From Calditrichales bacterium (GTDB taxonomy: Bacteria; Calditrichota; Calditrichia; Calditrichales; J004), in contig OZ254086.1 in NCBI GenBank assembly GCA_965267575.1, positions 4,320,001 through 4,384,000 on the forward strand: a DNA stretch of 64,000 bases, written 5' to 3'. Positions within the stretch are counted from its first letter, which is position 1; each line of letters starts with the position of its first letter. This document shows, one piece after another, positions 47,925-56,931 of the stretch. Under the pieces are notes generated by a model, which saw nothing but the letters and a program-made list of their open reading frames with translations, did not search any database and had not been told where the DNA came from. Both the position numbers and the translations under genes were made by a program.

Positions 47925-47926
47925 GA

Positions 47927-50182
47927 TTATTCCAGATCAAACACCATCGCCCGGTAGCCGGCTTTCTTGATGGCCTCTGCAACATCTTCGCTGTTTTCGG
48001 GGCAGAGAGCAATGGCCGCTCCGCCGCCGCCGCCACCGGTCAGCTTTGCGCCAAGTGCGCCGTTGTTGCGGGCAATATCGACGATCTCCTCAATCTCGCG
48101 TGACGAGACCTGTAAGGCGTTGAGCAGACCGTGGTTAATATTCATCAGCTCGCCGAGCAATGGCAAATCGTAGTATTCAATCGCCTTAGCAGCCTGCTTG
48201 ACGATGTCGCCGATTTCACTGAAAATGCGCTCGTACAGTTGCGGATGCTTCTCCCACGATTTGTTAACTTTGGCCACCATTTTGGCTGTCAGGCTCTCCT
48301 GCCAGGTCAAACCCACCACGACGCGCAGCGGCTGCGGCAGTGTAATATTCTCCATAAAAGGAGGATCGCCTTTTTTAAAGCGGATAAAACGTCCGAATGT
48401 GGCCAGCGTGTTATCGATGCCGGAGGCCTTGCCGTGAACAATGATCTCCGACTCGAACGAAAGATCACGGATCTGCTCGTCGCTCATTTTCAGCTTGTAG
48501 TGCTGGTCCAGCGCGCGAATAATGGCCACGGCCAATGCCGCCGATCCGCCCAGGCCCATGGCCCGCGGAATGTGCGGGAACACTTCGATCTTCATATCGC
48601 TTTGGTGCAGATCCAGCCTGTCCAGGATCATATCCAGCGATTTAAAAATAGAGTATTTATGATCGACGCCCCGTTGCAGGCGCTCTTCCACACCCCAGCG
48701 CGGAATGATCAGGTGCACGCCGTCTTTGTCGCTTTCGCTCACCTTGGCTTCCATGGCCAGCGGCACCGGCGCGGCGATCGCCTCACTGCCATAGACGACG
48801 GCGTGCTCGCCCAATAAAATTACCTTGCCGTAGCCCATGGGCAAAGCAGGTTTTTCCGCCACGGCAGCTTCCTTTTCCTCTACCGGCGTTTGCGCGCTGC
48901 TTTCCAGTGATTCGATGATCTCTTTGGCTTTCCAGATTTTTATCTCGCCGGTATCGATAAGCTGTTCGACGACGTTTTCAAAAATTTCCGGCGCTGCGCC
49001 CGCTGCCATGGCCACACTTCGGGCGTGTAAACTCATGTGCCCCTGCTGGATTCCTTCCGTTGCCAAAGCGCGTATGGCGGCCATATTCTGCGCCAGCCCC
49101 ACCGCACCGATCAGTTCGGCCAGTTCATTGGACGATGAAATGTCCAGAATACGGTTAAGGACCGGAACCATCGGATTGCTCTGCAGCGAGCCGCCCACCG
49201 TGCCCACGCGGATGGGAATTTCCAGGTAGCCTTCCAGATCGCCTTTGGCGTTTTTGGTCCATTTTGTAAGCGATGTATATTTGCCGCCCCGTGCCGCGTA
49301 GGCATGGGCCGCCGCTTCCGCCGCGCGCCAGTCGTTGCCCGTGGCGATGATCAATGGATCGATGCCGTTCATGATGCCCTTGTTGTGCGTTGCCGCGCGA
49401 TAGGGATCGGCGATAGCAAAATCATTGGCCAGGATAATGCCGTCACGCACCTCCGGCCCGCTGAAGCCTTTGCCGGCCAGCAATTCCACCGGGATGGTAC
49501 AGCGCGTCCGCACCAGCGAACGGTCGGTCAGGTTGGATAAAATGCGCAGGAAAACCTCGCCACCGCTTATTTTTTCAATCAGGGAAGCGACGCCTTCGCA
49601 CATGCTGTTAACCAGGTTGGCGCCCATGGCATCGCGCACATCAACCAACAGGTGTACAATCACCATATCCCCGTACTCTTTGCCCGAAGGCAGGATGCGC
49701 ACTTCCACGTCCCTTGCGCCGCCGCCGCGTGCCACCATATTGGGATGCAGGCTGTTGGCCAGGTTGATGATCTCTTCCTTGTTCTGCAAAATGGCCTGCT
49801 TGGCGCTGGAAGTATTCTTAACGTTCACCACCTGGATCTGACCAATCAGGATGGGATCGCTGCTCTCGCTTTTAAAACCGCCGGCTTCGCGCACGATCTT
49901 GGCCACAAAACTCACCGCGGCCACAATCGAAGGTTCTTCCACCACCATCGGCACGACATATTCTTTGCCGTTTACGAGAAAATTAAGCCCCATGCCCACC
50001 GGCAATCCAAACGATCCCACCACATTTTCGATCATCTTGTCCGCGTCCGCGGGCTTAAGTAGTCCATGACCGTTTTTTATGAACGTATGGTCCTCGTCGC
50101 TCAGCCAGCCCTGCTCTTCAAGCAGGCGCAACCGTTCTCGGATACTGAGCTTGTAAAAACCGGGAATTCGCGCGTTTTTCAT
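47927..50182 (-). CDS. Class II HMG-CoA reductase fused to mevalonate kinase
   Basis: ENVVG, EEPSIVAA, DAMGAN, THNKG, GIQQGHMSLH; linker; GKVILLGEHAVVYG, PRAMGLGGSAA, SGID, KLTGGGGGG. Confidence 0.93.
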   Translation of the reverse strand: MKNARIPGFYKLSIRERLRLLEEQGWLSDEDHTFIKNGHGLLKPADADKMIENVVGSFGLPVGMGLNFLVNGKEYVVPMVVEEPSIVAAVSFVAKIVREAGGFKSESSDPILIGQIQVVNVKNTSSAKQAILQNKEEIINLANSLHPNMVARGGGARDVEVRILPSGKEYGDMVIVHLLVDVRDAMGANLVNSMCEGVASLIEKISGGEVFLRILSNLTDRSLVRTRCTIPVELLAGKGFSGPEVRDGIILANDFAIADPYRAATHNKGIMNGIDPLIIATGNDWRAAEAAAHAYAARGGKYTSLTKWTKNAKGDLEGYLEIPIRVGTVGGSLQSNPMVPVLNRILDISSSNELAELIGAVGLAQNMAAIRALATEGIQQGHMSLHARSVAMAAGAAPEIFENVVEQLIDTGEIKIWKAKEIIESLESSAQTPVEEKEAAVAEKPALPMGYGKVILLGEHAVVYGSEAIAAPVPLAMEAKVSESDKDGVHLIIPRWGVEERLQRGVDHKYSIFKSLDMILDRLDLHQSDMKIEVFPHIPRAMGLGGSAALAVAIIRALDQHYKLKMSDEQIRDLSFESEIIVHGKASGIDNTLATFGRFIRFKKGDPPFMENITLPQPLRVVVGLTWQESLTAKMVAKVNKSWEKHPQLYERIFSEIGDIVKQAAKAIEYYDLPLLGELMNINHGLLNALQVSSREIEEIVDIARNNGALGAKLTGGGGGGAAIALCPENSEDVAEAIKKAGYRAMVFDLE

Positions 50183-50203
50183 AGTACAATCCTCATACTC
50201 TTT

Positions 50204-51265
50204 TTAGCATGGCGGCGCCACATTTACATCCACCGCCGTAATGCCCTTTTGCGCGGCAGCGTTTTTTAGTTCCAGCAGATTGTTTTCATTTTTGGCAAAA
50301 GCAACGCCGATATCACCGCTGCCTGCGCCACTTGGTTTGTAGACCGCTCCATGTTGGCCGGCTATTTCAGCCAGATCCCTGTGTACATCGGAAATGATTG
50401 GCATAGCGCTTTTGCGACCCAGCTCATCCAGAAAATTGTAAAAAGCTGCAATATTTTTCAAAAAAAGATCGATGTCGCGCCGGGCGTAAGCTTCGCAGCC
50501 CTCCCGCGAACAACTGCCCAGGTTGCTCATCAGTTCGTCGTACAGTCCGGGTTGCCCGTTTTGCAATTGCTTCACGCCGGATACCATGCGTCGTGTCGAT
50601 TCCGACTTGCCGCTGAACAGCACCAGCATTGGCAGTTCCGGCCAGACATCAAGGCGGTAGGGTAACTGCTGCTCAGCACGACGGTTTATACCCACCAGGT
50701 ACTCCAGCGCCCCGCCATAGGCACTGGCGGCAATATCGATACCGCTGCCCATGTTACCCTGCGCCCGGCGGTGGGCAAACAGCGAAAGCCGGAACAGTTT
50801 ATCGCGCACATCATCCGCCTGCAGATTGCGGCCCACCATGTGGAACAGCGCACGCACCAGCGCCACGGTCAACGCCGCGCTGGAGCCAAAGCCCAGCTTC
50901 GCCTGCACTTCGCCGGAGTAAAAAGCTTCTGTATCAATAGTGATGTCACAGGCGCTCAAGTCACAGCCGCATGAACGCAGATAGTGCCAGGCATATTCAA
51001 ATGTTGTCTTAAAAAAGGTCAGCCTTTTCTGCGTCGCGCTCTTCACATCTGCCGGGAAAACAATGCAGTTATTGCTGTTCAGCGAAAAAGGCACATTCTC
51101 GATTTGAATGGATGGTGCGCTGATGCTGAATTGTTGATCATCTCTCTTTTTCAGCGTGACGTATGCGTAGCGGTCCACGGCAAGCACCAGCGACGGAGCG
51201 CCTTCAAGCACGGCGTATTCGCCGATCAGGATAAGTTTGCCGGGCGCTTTCTCGGTTATGGTCAC
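50204..51265 (-). CDS. Phosphomevalonate kinase (GHMP family)
   Basis: APGKLILIGEYAVL, KLGFGSSAA, SGIDIAAS, KPSGAGSGD; position in the cluster. Confidence 0.85.
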   Translation of the reverse strand: MTITEKAPGKLILIGEYAVLEGAPSLVLAVDRYAYVTLKKRDDQQFSISAPSIQIENVPFSLNSNNCIVFPADVKSATQKRLTFFKTTFEYAWHYLRSCGCDLSACDITIDTEAFYSGEVQAKLGFGSSAALTVALVRALFHMVGRNLQADDVRDKLFRLSLFAHRRAQGNMGSGIDIAASAYGGALEYLVGINRRAEQQLPYRLDVWPELPMLVLFSGKSESTRRMVSGVKQLQNGQPGLYDELMSNLGSCSREGCEAYARRDIDLFLKNIAAFYNFLDELGRKSAMPIISDVHRDLAEIAGQHGAVYKPSGAGSGDIGVAFAKNENNLLELKNAAAQKGITAVDVNVAPPC

Positions 51266-52251
51266 ACCGTTTCCTCTTGCAAAACGCGGGCATCACCGCC
51301 CAGCCCCGTTTCAATCACACGTTGTACACCGGGTGTTTCTTCCAGCATCCGGCGTACCTTTGCAGCATCATTCGCCGTACAGATTGCCTTGACCTGGGGA
51401 CCGGCATCTATGGTGAAAAAAACATTTGTCCCGGCCGCGCGCAGGTCTCGGATGGAGTGGATCAGTTCCACCGTTGTGCCGTTCCAGTAGATCAGTCCGG
51501 GCCGGCTGGCCATGGCCAGAGCATGCATTTTAAGGCAGCTGAATTCAGAGATGTCCGCAACCATTTCGAAATCCCTATTGGCAATCGCCTCGCGCATTTC
51601 ATTCATGTCGTTTATAGAGCTGTCAATCCAACGCCCATAGTACGGCGACGTATTTCGCGTTAATTCCATGCCGTCCGTAGAACCGGTTTTTTTCTTCTTT
51701 TCGGAAGTAATGGCGATCATTACGCGCAAGTCCCAGAACTCAGCGGGGTAAAGCTGATAGGCGTAAGCGTCGCTGCCGTCCTGCTCATCGCCAAGACGCA
51801 TTTCCACAAAGCCGCCAAACAGCGAGCGTGCCGCGCTGCCCGACCCTTTGCGCGCCAGCTCCGACAACTCGCGCGACGATAAGTCGAGACCGGCTGCGCG
51901 GGAAGCTGCCAGCGCCAGGCAGGCAAACGAAGATGCCGACGAAGCCAGGCCCGCAGACGTCGGAAAATTGTTCTCGCTTTCCACCCGGGCAGGACTATTG
52001 ATGCCCCCTGCACTTCGGATTATATCCAGAAAGCGGCTGACGCGCCCGGTTTCTTTGGCTCCGGCTTTTTCACCGTTCAGGATCAGTTCATCCGCCGGAA
52101 CGTCGTTATCCATTTTGACGGATGTCTCAGTATAAAGGGCGTCCAGCGTAATGGAAATGGAAGCGACCGCCGGCAGGTTCAGGCCGATATCGCGTTTGCC
52201 CCAGTATTTCACCAGGGCGATGTTGGAATGGGCACGGGCACGACAATACAA
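51262..52251 (-). CDS. mvaD: Diphosphomevalonate decarboxylase
   Basis: NIALVKYWGK, GLASSAS, GSGSAARS, FTIDAGP; TTG start. Confidence 0.95.
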   Translation of the reverse strand: MYCRARAHSNIALVKYWGKRDIGLNLPAVASISITLDALYTETSVKMDNDVPADELILNGEKAGAKETGRVSRFLDIIRSAGGINSPARVESENNFPTSAGLASSASSFACLALAASRAAGLDLSSRELSELARKGSGSAARSLFGGFVEMRLGDEQDGSDAYAYQLYPAEFWDLRVMIAITSEKKKKTGSTDGMELTRNTSPYYGRWIDSSINDMNEMREAIANRDFEMVADISEFSCLKMHALAMASRPGLIYWNGTTVELIHSIRDLRAAGTNVFFTIDAGPQVKAICTANDAAKVRRMLEETPGVQRVIETGLGGDARVLQEETV

Positions 52252-52405
52252 CGGCTTTCCTTTCTTTCATCAGAACAAATTGGAAATTTAAAGATATGGT
52301 GCGAAAAATGCGAATTGGAGAACAACGGTTATTGCAAAATCATCCGCCCGTTACTATACTGAACCTACCATTCGATAATTCGCTCTTCACAACGGGGATT
52401 TCTTT

Positions 52406-52789
52406 TTGGAAACTAGCTCATCATCATTGCAGGAATTTGCCAGTTGGGTTGCGATTGTCGGCACATCGCTGCTGGCGGCCTATTTTTTTGCTTTCCTGGT
52501 ATTTCAGTCGCTCAATAAGGGCAGGCGAACCGGCAGCTGGTTTACAGCCATCATGGAAAGGCATTTTGCCGCGACGATCGCGGTGCCACTCTCAGCAGTA
52601 ACCGCGGCATGTGTCGTCATCCTCTTTGGCGCCACCAGCGGAGGCAATCTTACTTTTAGTCTGCTGGGCTTTAAATTCGAAGGCGCATCCGGTCCGATTA
52701 CATTGTGGCTGGTCTGTTTTCTGGCAATGATATTCGCCGTGAGGCTGTTATGGAATAGTGGTAAAAGTGAACCTAAGGAGACAGAATGA
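52406..52789 (+). CDS. Hypothetical membrane protein (3 TM)
   Basis: Three hydrophobic segments, FEGASGPITLW; ATGA overlap with the next gene; start uncertain. Confidence 0.65.
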   Translation: METSSSSLQEFASWVAIVGTSLLAAYFFAFLVFQSLNKGRRTGSWFTAIMERHFAATIAVPLSAVTAACVVILFGATSGGNLTFSLLGFKFEGASGPITLWLVCFLAMIFAVRLLWNSGKSEPKETE

Positions 52790-53319
52790 AGCGATTACAA
52801 AGTTTCTACCTGACGTGCCTGATCATGCTGACGCCCGTTTTTGTAGCTGCCCAGGAAACATTGATCAAAGAGCTCCAACCCCTGGAACCCTTTATCGGTA
52901 AAACGTGGAAAACCACCTTCGCCACGGCTGACGGCAACGGAAAAATCCACGATATCGCCCGCTGGGAGCGAGCGCTGAACGGTAAAGCGGTACGTATTCT
53001 CCATTCCGTGAATAATGGCGACTATGGCGGTGAGACAATCGTTTATTACGATAAGAAAAAAGAAAGCCTGCGCTTTTTCTACTTTACCACGGCCGGCTTT
53101 TTTACCGAAGGCTCCGTGACCATTAAAAACGGCAAAATGGAAAGCCACGAGTTTGTCAGCGGCAACGAGGAAGGTATCAGCGAAGTAAAATCTGTCAACG
53201 AAATTCTTGAAGACGGCACTATGAAAGTGACCTCGCGTTTCCTCAAAAACGGTGAATGGCAGGAGAAAAGAGTCAGCATTTATTATCAGGCGCCAAAAGA
53301 CGAGGTCATCTTTAAGTAG
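52786..53319 (+). CDS. Secreted hypothetical beta-rich protein
   Basis: Signal peptide ending VAA-Q; LEPFIGKTW start resembles lipocalin-like beta-barrel families. Confidence 0.7.
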   Translation: MKRLQSFYLTCLIMLTPVFVAAQETLIKELQPLEPFIGKTWKTTFATADGNGKIHDIARWERALNGKAVRILHSVNNGDYGGETIVYYDKKKESLRFFYFTTAGFFTEGSVTIKNGKMESHEFVSGNEEGISEVKSVNEILEDGTMKVTSRFLKNGEWQEKRVSIYYQAPKDEVIFK

Positions 53320-53429
53320 CCGCACACGGGCAGATCGTAATGATGCCATAAAAAGAAAAAGTCCGTTTAGAATTTGAATTTAAAATAGCGGCAAACGCAC
53401 ACTAAAAGTGCCAAAAACGAAGGAATGCT

Positions 53430-53798
53430 ATGCCCGCAAGCGTTAAGGTTGATCCTTCAAAAAGGATGTTTATTATAAAAATGGAAGGAAATGTTACAGC
53501 CGAGGATCTGAAGGAACTGGCCCGCAATTTAAAGAATCATCCTGATTTTAATCCGGCTTATGACAGACTGGTCGACCTCTCGGCAATCGATAAAATGGAA
53601 ATAAGCACGGAAGTGGTTCGTCAGTTGGCCGCCAGCAGTGAAACGACTTTTGATGAATCAAGCCGCCGCGCGATTGTGGCCTCTTCGGATTTTATGTTCG
53701 GCATCAGCCGCATGTACCAAACCATCACCAACCGGCTAAAACAAACGCGCGTTTTTAGAACACTCGAGGAAGCCCGGCAATGGCTGGAAGAAGAATAA
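53430..53798 (+). CDS. SpoIIAA-like (STAS/SEC14) small protein
   Basis: LVDLS, RRAIVA, FGISRMY, VFRTLEEARQWL. Confidence 0.75.
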   Translation: MPASVKVDPSKRMFIIKMEGNVTAEDLKELARNLKNHPDFNPAYDRLVDLSAIDKMEISTEVVRQLAASSETTFDESSRRAIVASSDFMFGISRMYQTITNRLKQTRVFRTLEEARQWLEEE

Positions 53799-53806
53799 TT
53801 AATAGA

Positions 53807-54469
53807 ATGAAGAAAATCGCGATCTTTGCGTTCTGTATATTTTTCCTTGCCGCCTGCAGCGAACCGACGGCCGGTAATGACAATCCCGAAAGTCGGGCGA
53901 CTTTTGTAAACCTCACATCATGGACGTATATCTACTGGGAAACCAACCACGACGGTGAAACCACCTTCCCCGGTGACACCATTAATATTGAGCTACTGCA
54001 GAAAAATGATTCTTCCATCTCCTTTATCGAAACTTACCGCGGCGCTACTTTTGATTACCTGAGTGACACCCTGCTTTTCGATCTACAGATTGATTCCAGC
54101 GGTTACTTTTATAAGACCGGTGAAAACTCTACCGGTAATTCGCAGATTTGGTATTTACCGGATACCTGTTTTCCGAAAGTGCCGGCCGATTCAAACTATG
54201 TACAGATCATAATTGATGAAGATAATTTCGACGTCTCCCCTGTTTTTAGCTCCTATTTCACGGCCCTCTCCAACGACGTCAAAATCTTTGACAAGCACTA
54301 TGCTCATACCCAGTGGGTCTATTTTGACGCCCGCCCTGTTTCCTACGACGGACCCGCATTGTTGCTGGTCTATTCGCCGCACCTCGGTTTAGTAACAACT
54401 ATCAAATCCGGCGGCTTCAGGCCCCTGGCGCAAACAGGCTGGTTGCTAAAAGATTACAAAGCTTTTTAG
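53807..54469 (+). CDS. Hypothetical lipoprotein
   Basis: MKKIAIFAFCIFFLAAC lipobox from ATG 53807. Confidence 0.75.
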   Translation: MKKIAIFAFCIFFLAACSEPTAGNDNPESRATFVNLTSWTYIYWETNHDGETTFPGDTINIELLQKNDSSISFIETYRGATFDYLSDTLLFDLQIDSSGYFYKTGENSTGNSQIWYLPDTCFPKVPADSNYVQIIIDEDNFDVSPVFSSYFTALSNDVKIFDKHYAHTQWVYFDARPVSYDGPALLLVYSPHLGLVTTIKSGGFRPLAQTGWLLKDYKAF

Positions 54470-54510
54470 CGATTGTTTATATTGTGCCCTGAACATTTTC
54501 GGTGAACACC

Positions 54511-56436
54511 ATGGCACAAAACAGAATTGAAAAAATTGTACAGGCTTTTGCGGTGGATCAGCGGGAGCCGGTCCACAGCGGTGATTTTGTAACCATCCGC
54601 CCGGCTTACGTGATGACCCACGACAACACGGCAGCGGTGATTCTCAAATTTAAAGCACTCAATCGTCCCATCCATAATCCTTCACAGATTGTTTTTACGC
54701 TGGACCATAACATCCAGGACAAATCGGAAAAAAACCTGGCCAAATACGCGGCCATTGAAGCTTTTGCCCGCGAGAATAACATAGATTTTTACCCGGCGGG
54801 CAGGGGCATCGGGCACCAGATAATGTGCGAAGAGGGCTATGCCTGGCCGGACACCTTTGTCGTCGCTTCAGATAGCCATAGCAATATGTACGGCGGTCTG
54901 GGTTGCCTGGGCACGCCGATTGTGCGCAGCGACGCGGCAGCGGCCTGGGCCACGGGCAGCATCTGGTGGGAAATACCGCCGGTAACAAAAATCATCCTTT
55001 CGGGAAAACTGCGTCCCGGGGTCACCGGCAAAGACCTGATCATTACTTTGGCCGGTTTTTTCAATAAAGATGAAATACTGAATCATGCCCTGGAAATTGA
55101 GGGGAAAGGTGTGAAGGGCTTAAGTATCGATCAGCGGCTGACCATTGCCAATATGAGCACTGAATGGGGCGCATTGGCCGCTCTTTTCCCTGTGGATGAC
55201 CTGACCCTCAAATGGCTGGAAATGCGCCAAAAACTGGCCTCCATGCGCGATAATCCGGCAGCGTTGTCCCGGCTTAATCCGGCGAGAATAAGCGCCTTGC
55301 GCGCCGATGTTACAAGGGCCGACCGCGATGCACACTACGCCACGGAAATAGAGATCGATCTCGGCACGGTGACTCCGCACATTTCCGGCCCCAACAGCGT
55401 TAAGACAATTATGCCGCTGAGCAATATTTCCGAAAAGCAAATCCCCATCCAGAAAGCTTACCTGCTCTCCTGCGTGAATGCGCGCCTGGAAGACCTGTCC
55501 GAAGCGGCGCAAGTTGTTCGTGGACAAAAAGTGCATCCGGGCGTAAAGTTTTATATTGCCGCGGCTTCCAGCGAGGTGCAACGGGAAAGCGAAAAGCGCG
55601 GCGACTGGCAAACGCTGCTCGAGGCCGGCGCCGTTGAACTGCCCCCGGGGTGCGGCCCCTGCATTGGTTTGGGCGCCGGTACGCTGGAAAGCGGCGAGAC
55701 AGGCATATCCGCCACAAACCGCAACTTCAGGGGGCGCATGGGTGCGCGCGATGCCAAAGCCTACCTGGCCGCGCCTGCCGTGGTGGCGGCCTCCGCCATT
55801 AAAGGTTATATCGCTTCACCGGAGCATATTGAGCCGCGGCAACTCCGCGCCACCATCAGCAAAAGCAAACAGGAGCCTGCGGCGCGAACATCCACGATAA
55901 TTGCCGGCTTTCCCGAAGAGACAGCAGGCCGCGTATGGTTTCTCAATGCCGACAATATCAACACCGATTTGCTTTATCCTTCCCAGTACACCTACCGGGA
56001 AGATATGTCTGAACAAGAAATGCGCGCGGTTGTGTTGCAGGACTTTGATCCGGAGCTGGCTTCCAGACTTAAAGCCGGTGACATAATTGTAGCAGGCTAT
56101 AACTTCGGGACGGGCAGTTCCAGGGAACAGGCCGCCACCGCGCTTAAAATGGCCGGTGTCCGCATGGTAGTCGCGGCGAGCTTTAGCGCCACCTACAAGC
56201 GCAATGCTTTCAATAACGGGTTCCTGGTTATGGAGTGCATGGCCCTGCTAGAGGATCTAAAAAACGCCGCATTGGAAAAAGAAGCCGCCCATCTGCTCCC
56301 GGCACCCATGACCGTTAGATTCAACACCGGCTTCATCGAATACAGCGGAAAGCGATTTCCCTTTACTCTCCCGGGAACGGCCGGGCAGCGCCTGATACTA
56401 CAGGGCGGATTAATACAATCGGCAAAGAATGATTGA
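54511..56436 (+). CDS. lysF: Homoaconitase, single-chain fungal Lys4/LysF type
   Basis: MTHDN, TLDHNIQ, FYPAGRGIGHQIMCEEGYA, SDSHSNMYGG, Fe-S ligands SCVN and CGPCIG, fused swivel domain GSSREQAA. Confidence 0.85.
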   Translation: MAQNRIEKIVQAFAVDQREPVHSGDFVTIRPAYVMTHDNTAAVILKFKALNRPIHNPSQIVFTLDHNIQDKSEKNLAKYAAIEAFARENNIDFYPAGRGIGHQIMCEEGYAWPDTFVVASDSHSNMYGGLGCLGTPIVRSDAAAAWATGSIWWEIPPVTKIILSGKLRPGVTGKDLIITLAGFFNKDEILNHALEIEGKGVKGLSIDQRLTIANMSTEWGALAALFPVDDLTLKWLEMRQKLASMRDNPAALSRLNPARISALRADVTRADRDAHYATEIEIDLGTVTPHISGPNSVKTIMPLSNISEKQIPIQKAYLLSCVNARLEDLSEAAQVVRGQKVHPGVKFYIAAASSEVQRESEKRGDWQTLLEAGAVELPPGCGPCIGLGAGTLESGETGISATNRNFRGRMGARDAKAYLAAPAVVAASAIKGYIASPEHIEPRQLRATISKSKQEPAARTSTIIAGFPEETAGRVWFLNADNINTDLLYPSQYTYREDMSEQEMRAVVLQDFDPELASRLKAGDIIVAGYNFGTGSSREQAATALKMAGVRMVVAASFSATYKRNAFNNGFLVMECMALLEDLKNAALEKEAAHLLPAPMTVRFNTGFIEYSGKRFPFTLPGTAGQRLILQGGLIQSAKND

Positions 56437-56502
56437 CCAATAAAGCGCCGATTGCTGCACAGGCATAAAGTGCATGCCTGCCGGAAACGAATACTGGCTA
56501 TT

Positions 56503-56895
56503 ATGACAAAACAACAGACGCAATTGATGCACTATCCTGATACCGTGTTGGAAAAATGGACCACAAACTCCAACCTGCAGCGCGGAAAAGGCTACTTTGA
56601 GTCCGGTAGCGTGATTAACATTAAGCTGGTGAACAGTCGCATTGCGCGCGGCATTGTTAAGGGCAATAAGACGTACAGGGTGTTTGTGGAAATAGCCGAC
56701 AGACCGGAAGGCTTGTGCAGTTGCGCTTATAATTCAAAAGGATTGTGCAAGCACATGGTGGCGCTGCTAATTGCACTGAACACGCGCAACGGAGCGCAGC
56801 ATAAAAACTGGCCCCGCGTTAAAGAGAAAATTTACCAGTGGCTTAACCGGCTGTGGATTTTGGGCTTAAGGGCACTATCGCAAAAATATTCTTAA
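56503..56895 (+). CDS. SWIM zinc-finger protein
   Basis: RGKGYF, VKGNKTYRV, CSC...CKH; start uncertain. Confidence 0.75.
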   Translation: MTKQQTQLMHYPDTVLEKWTTNSNLQRGKGYFESGSVINIKLVNSRIARGIVKGNKTYRVFVEIADRPEGLCSCAYNSKGLCKHMVALLIALNTRNGAQHKNWPRVKEKIYQWLNRLWILGLRALSQKYS

Positions 56896-56897
56896 AC

Positions 56898-56927
56898 AAA
56901 AAAAGGCGTCAATTTTGACGCCTTTTT
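56898..56927. terminator. Bidirectional intrinsic terminator
   Basis: AAAAAAAGGCGTCAA-TT-TTGACGCCTTTTT between convergent genes. Confidence 0.85.
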
Positions 56928-56931
56928 CATT

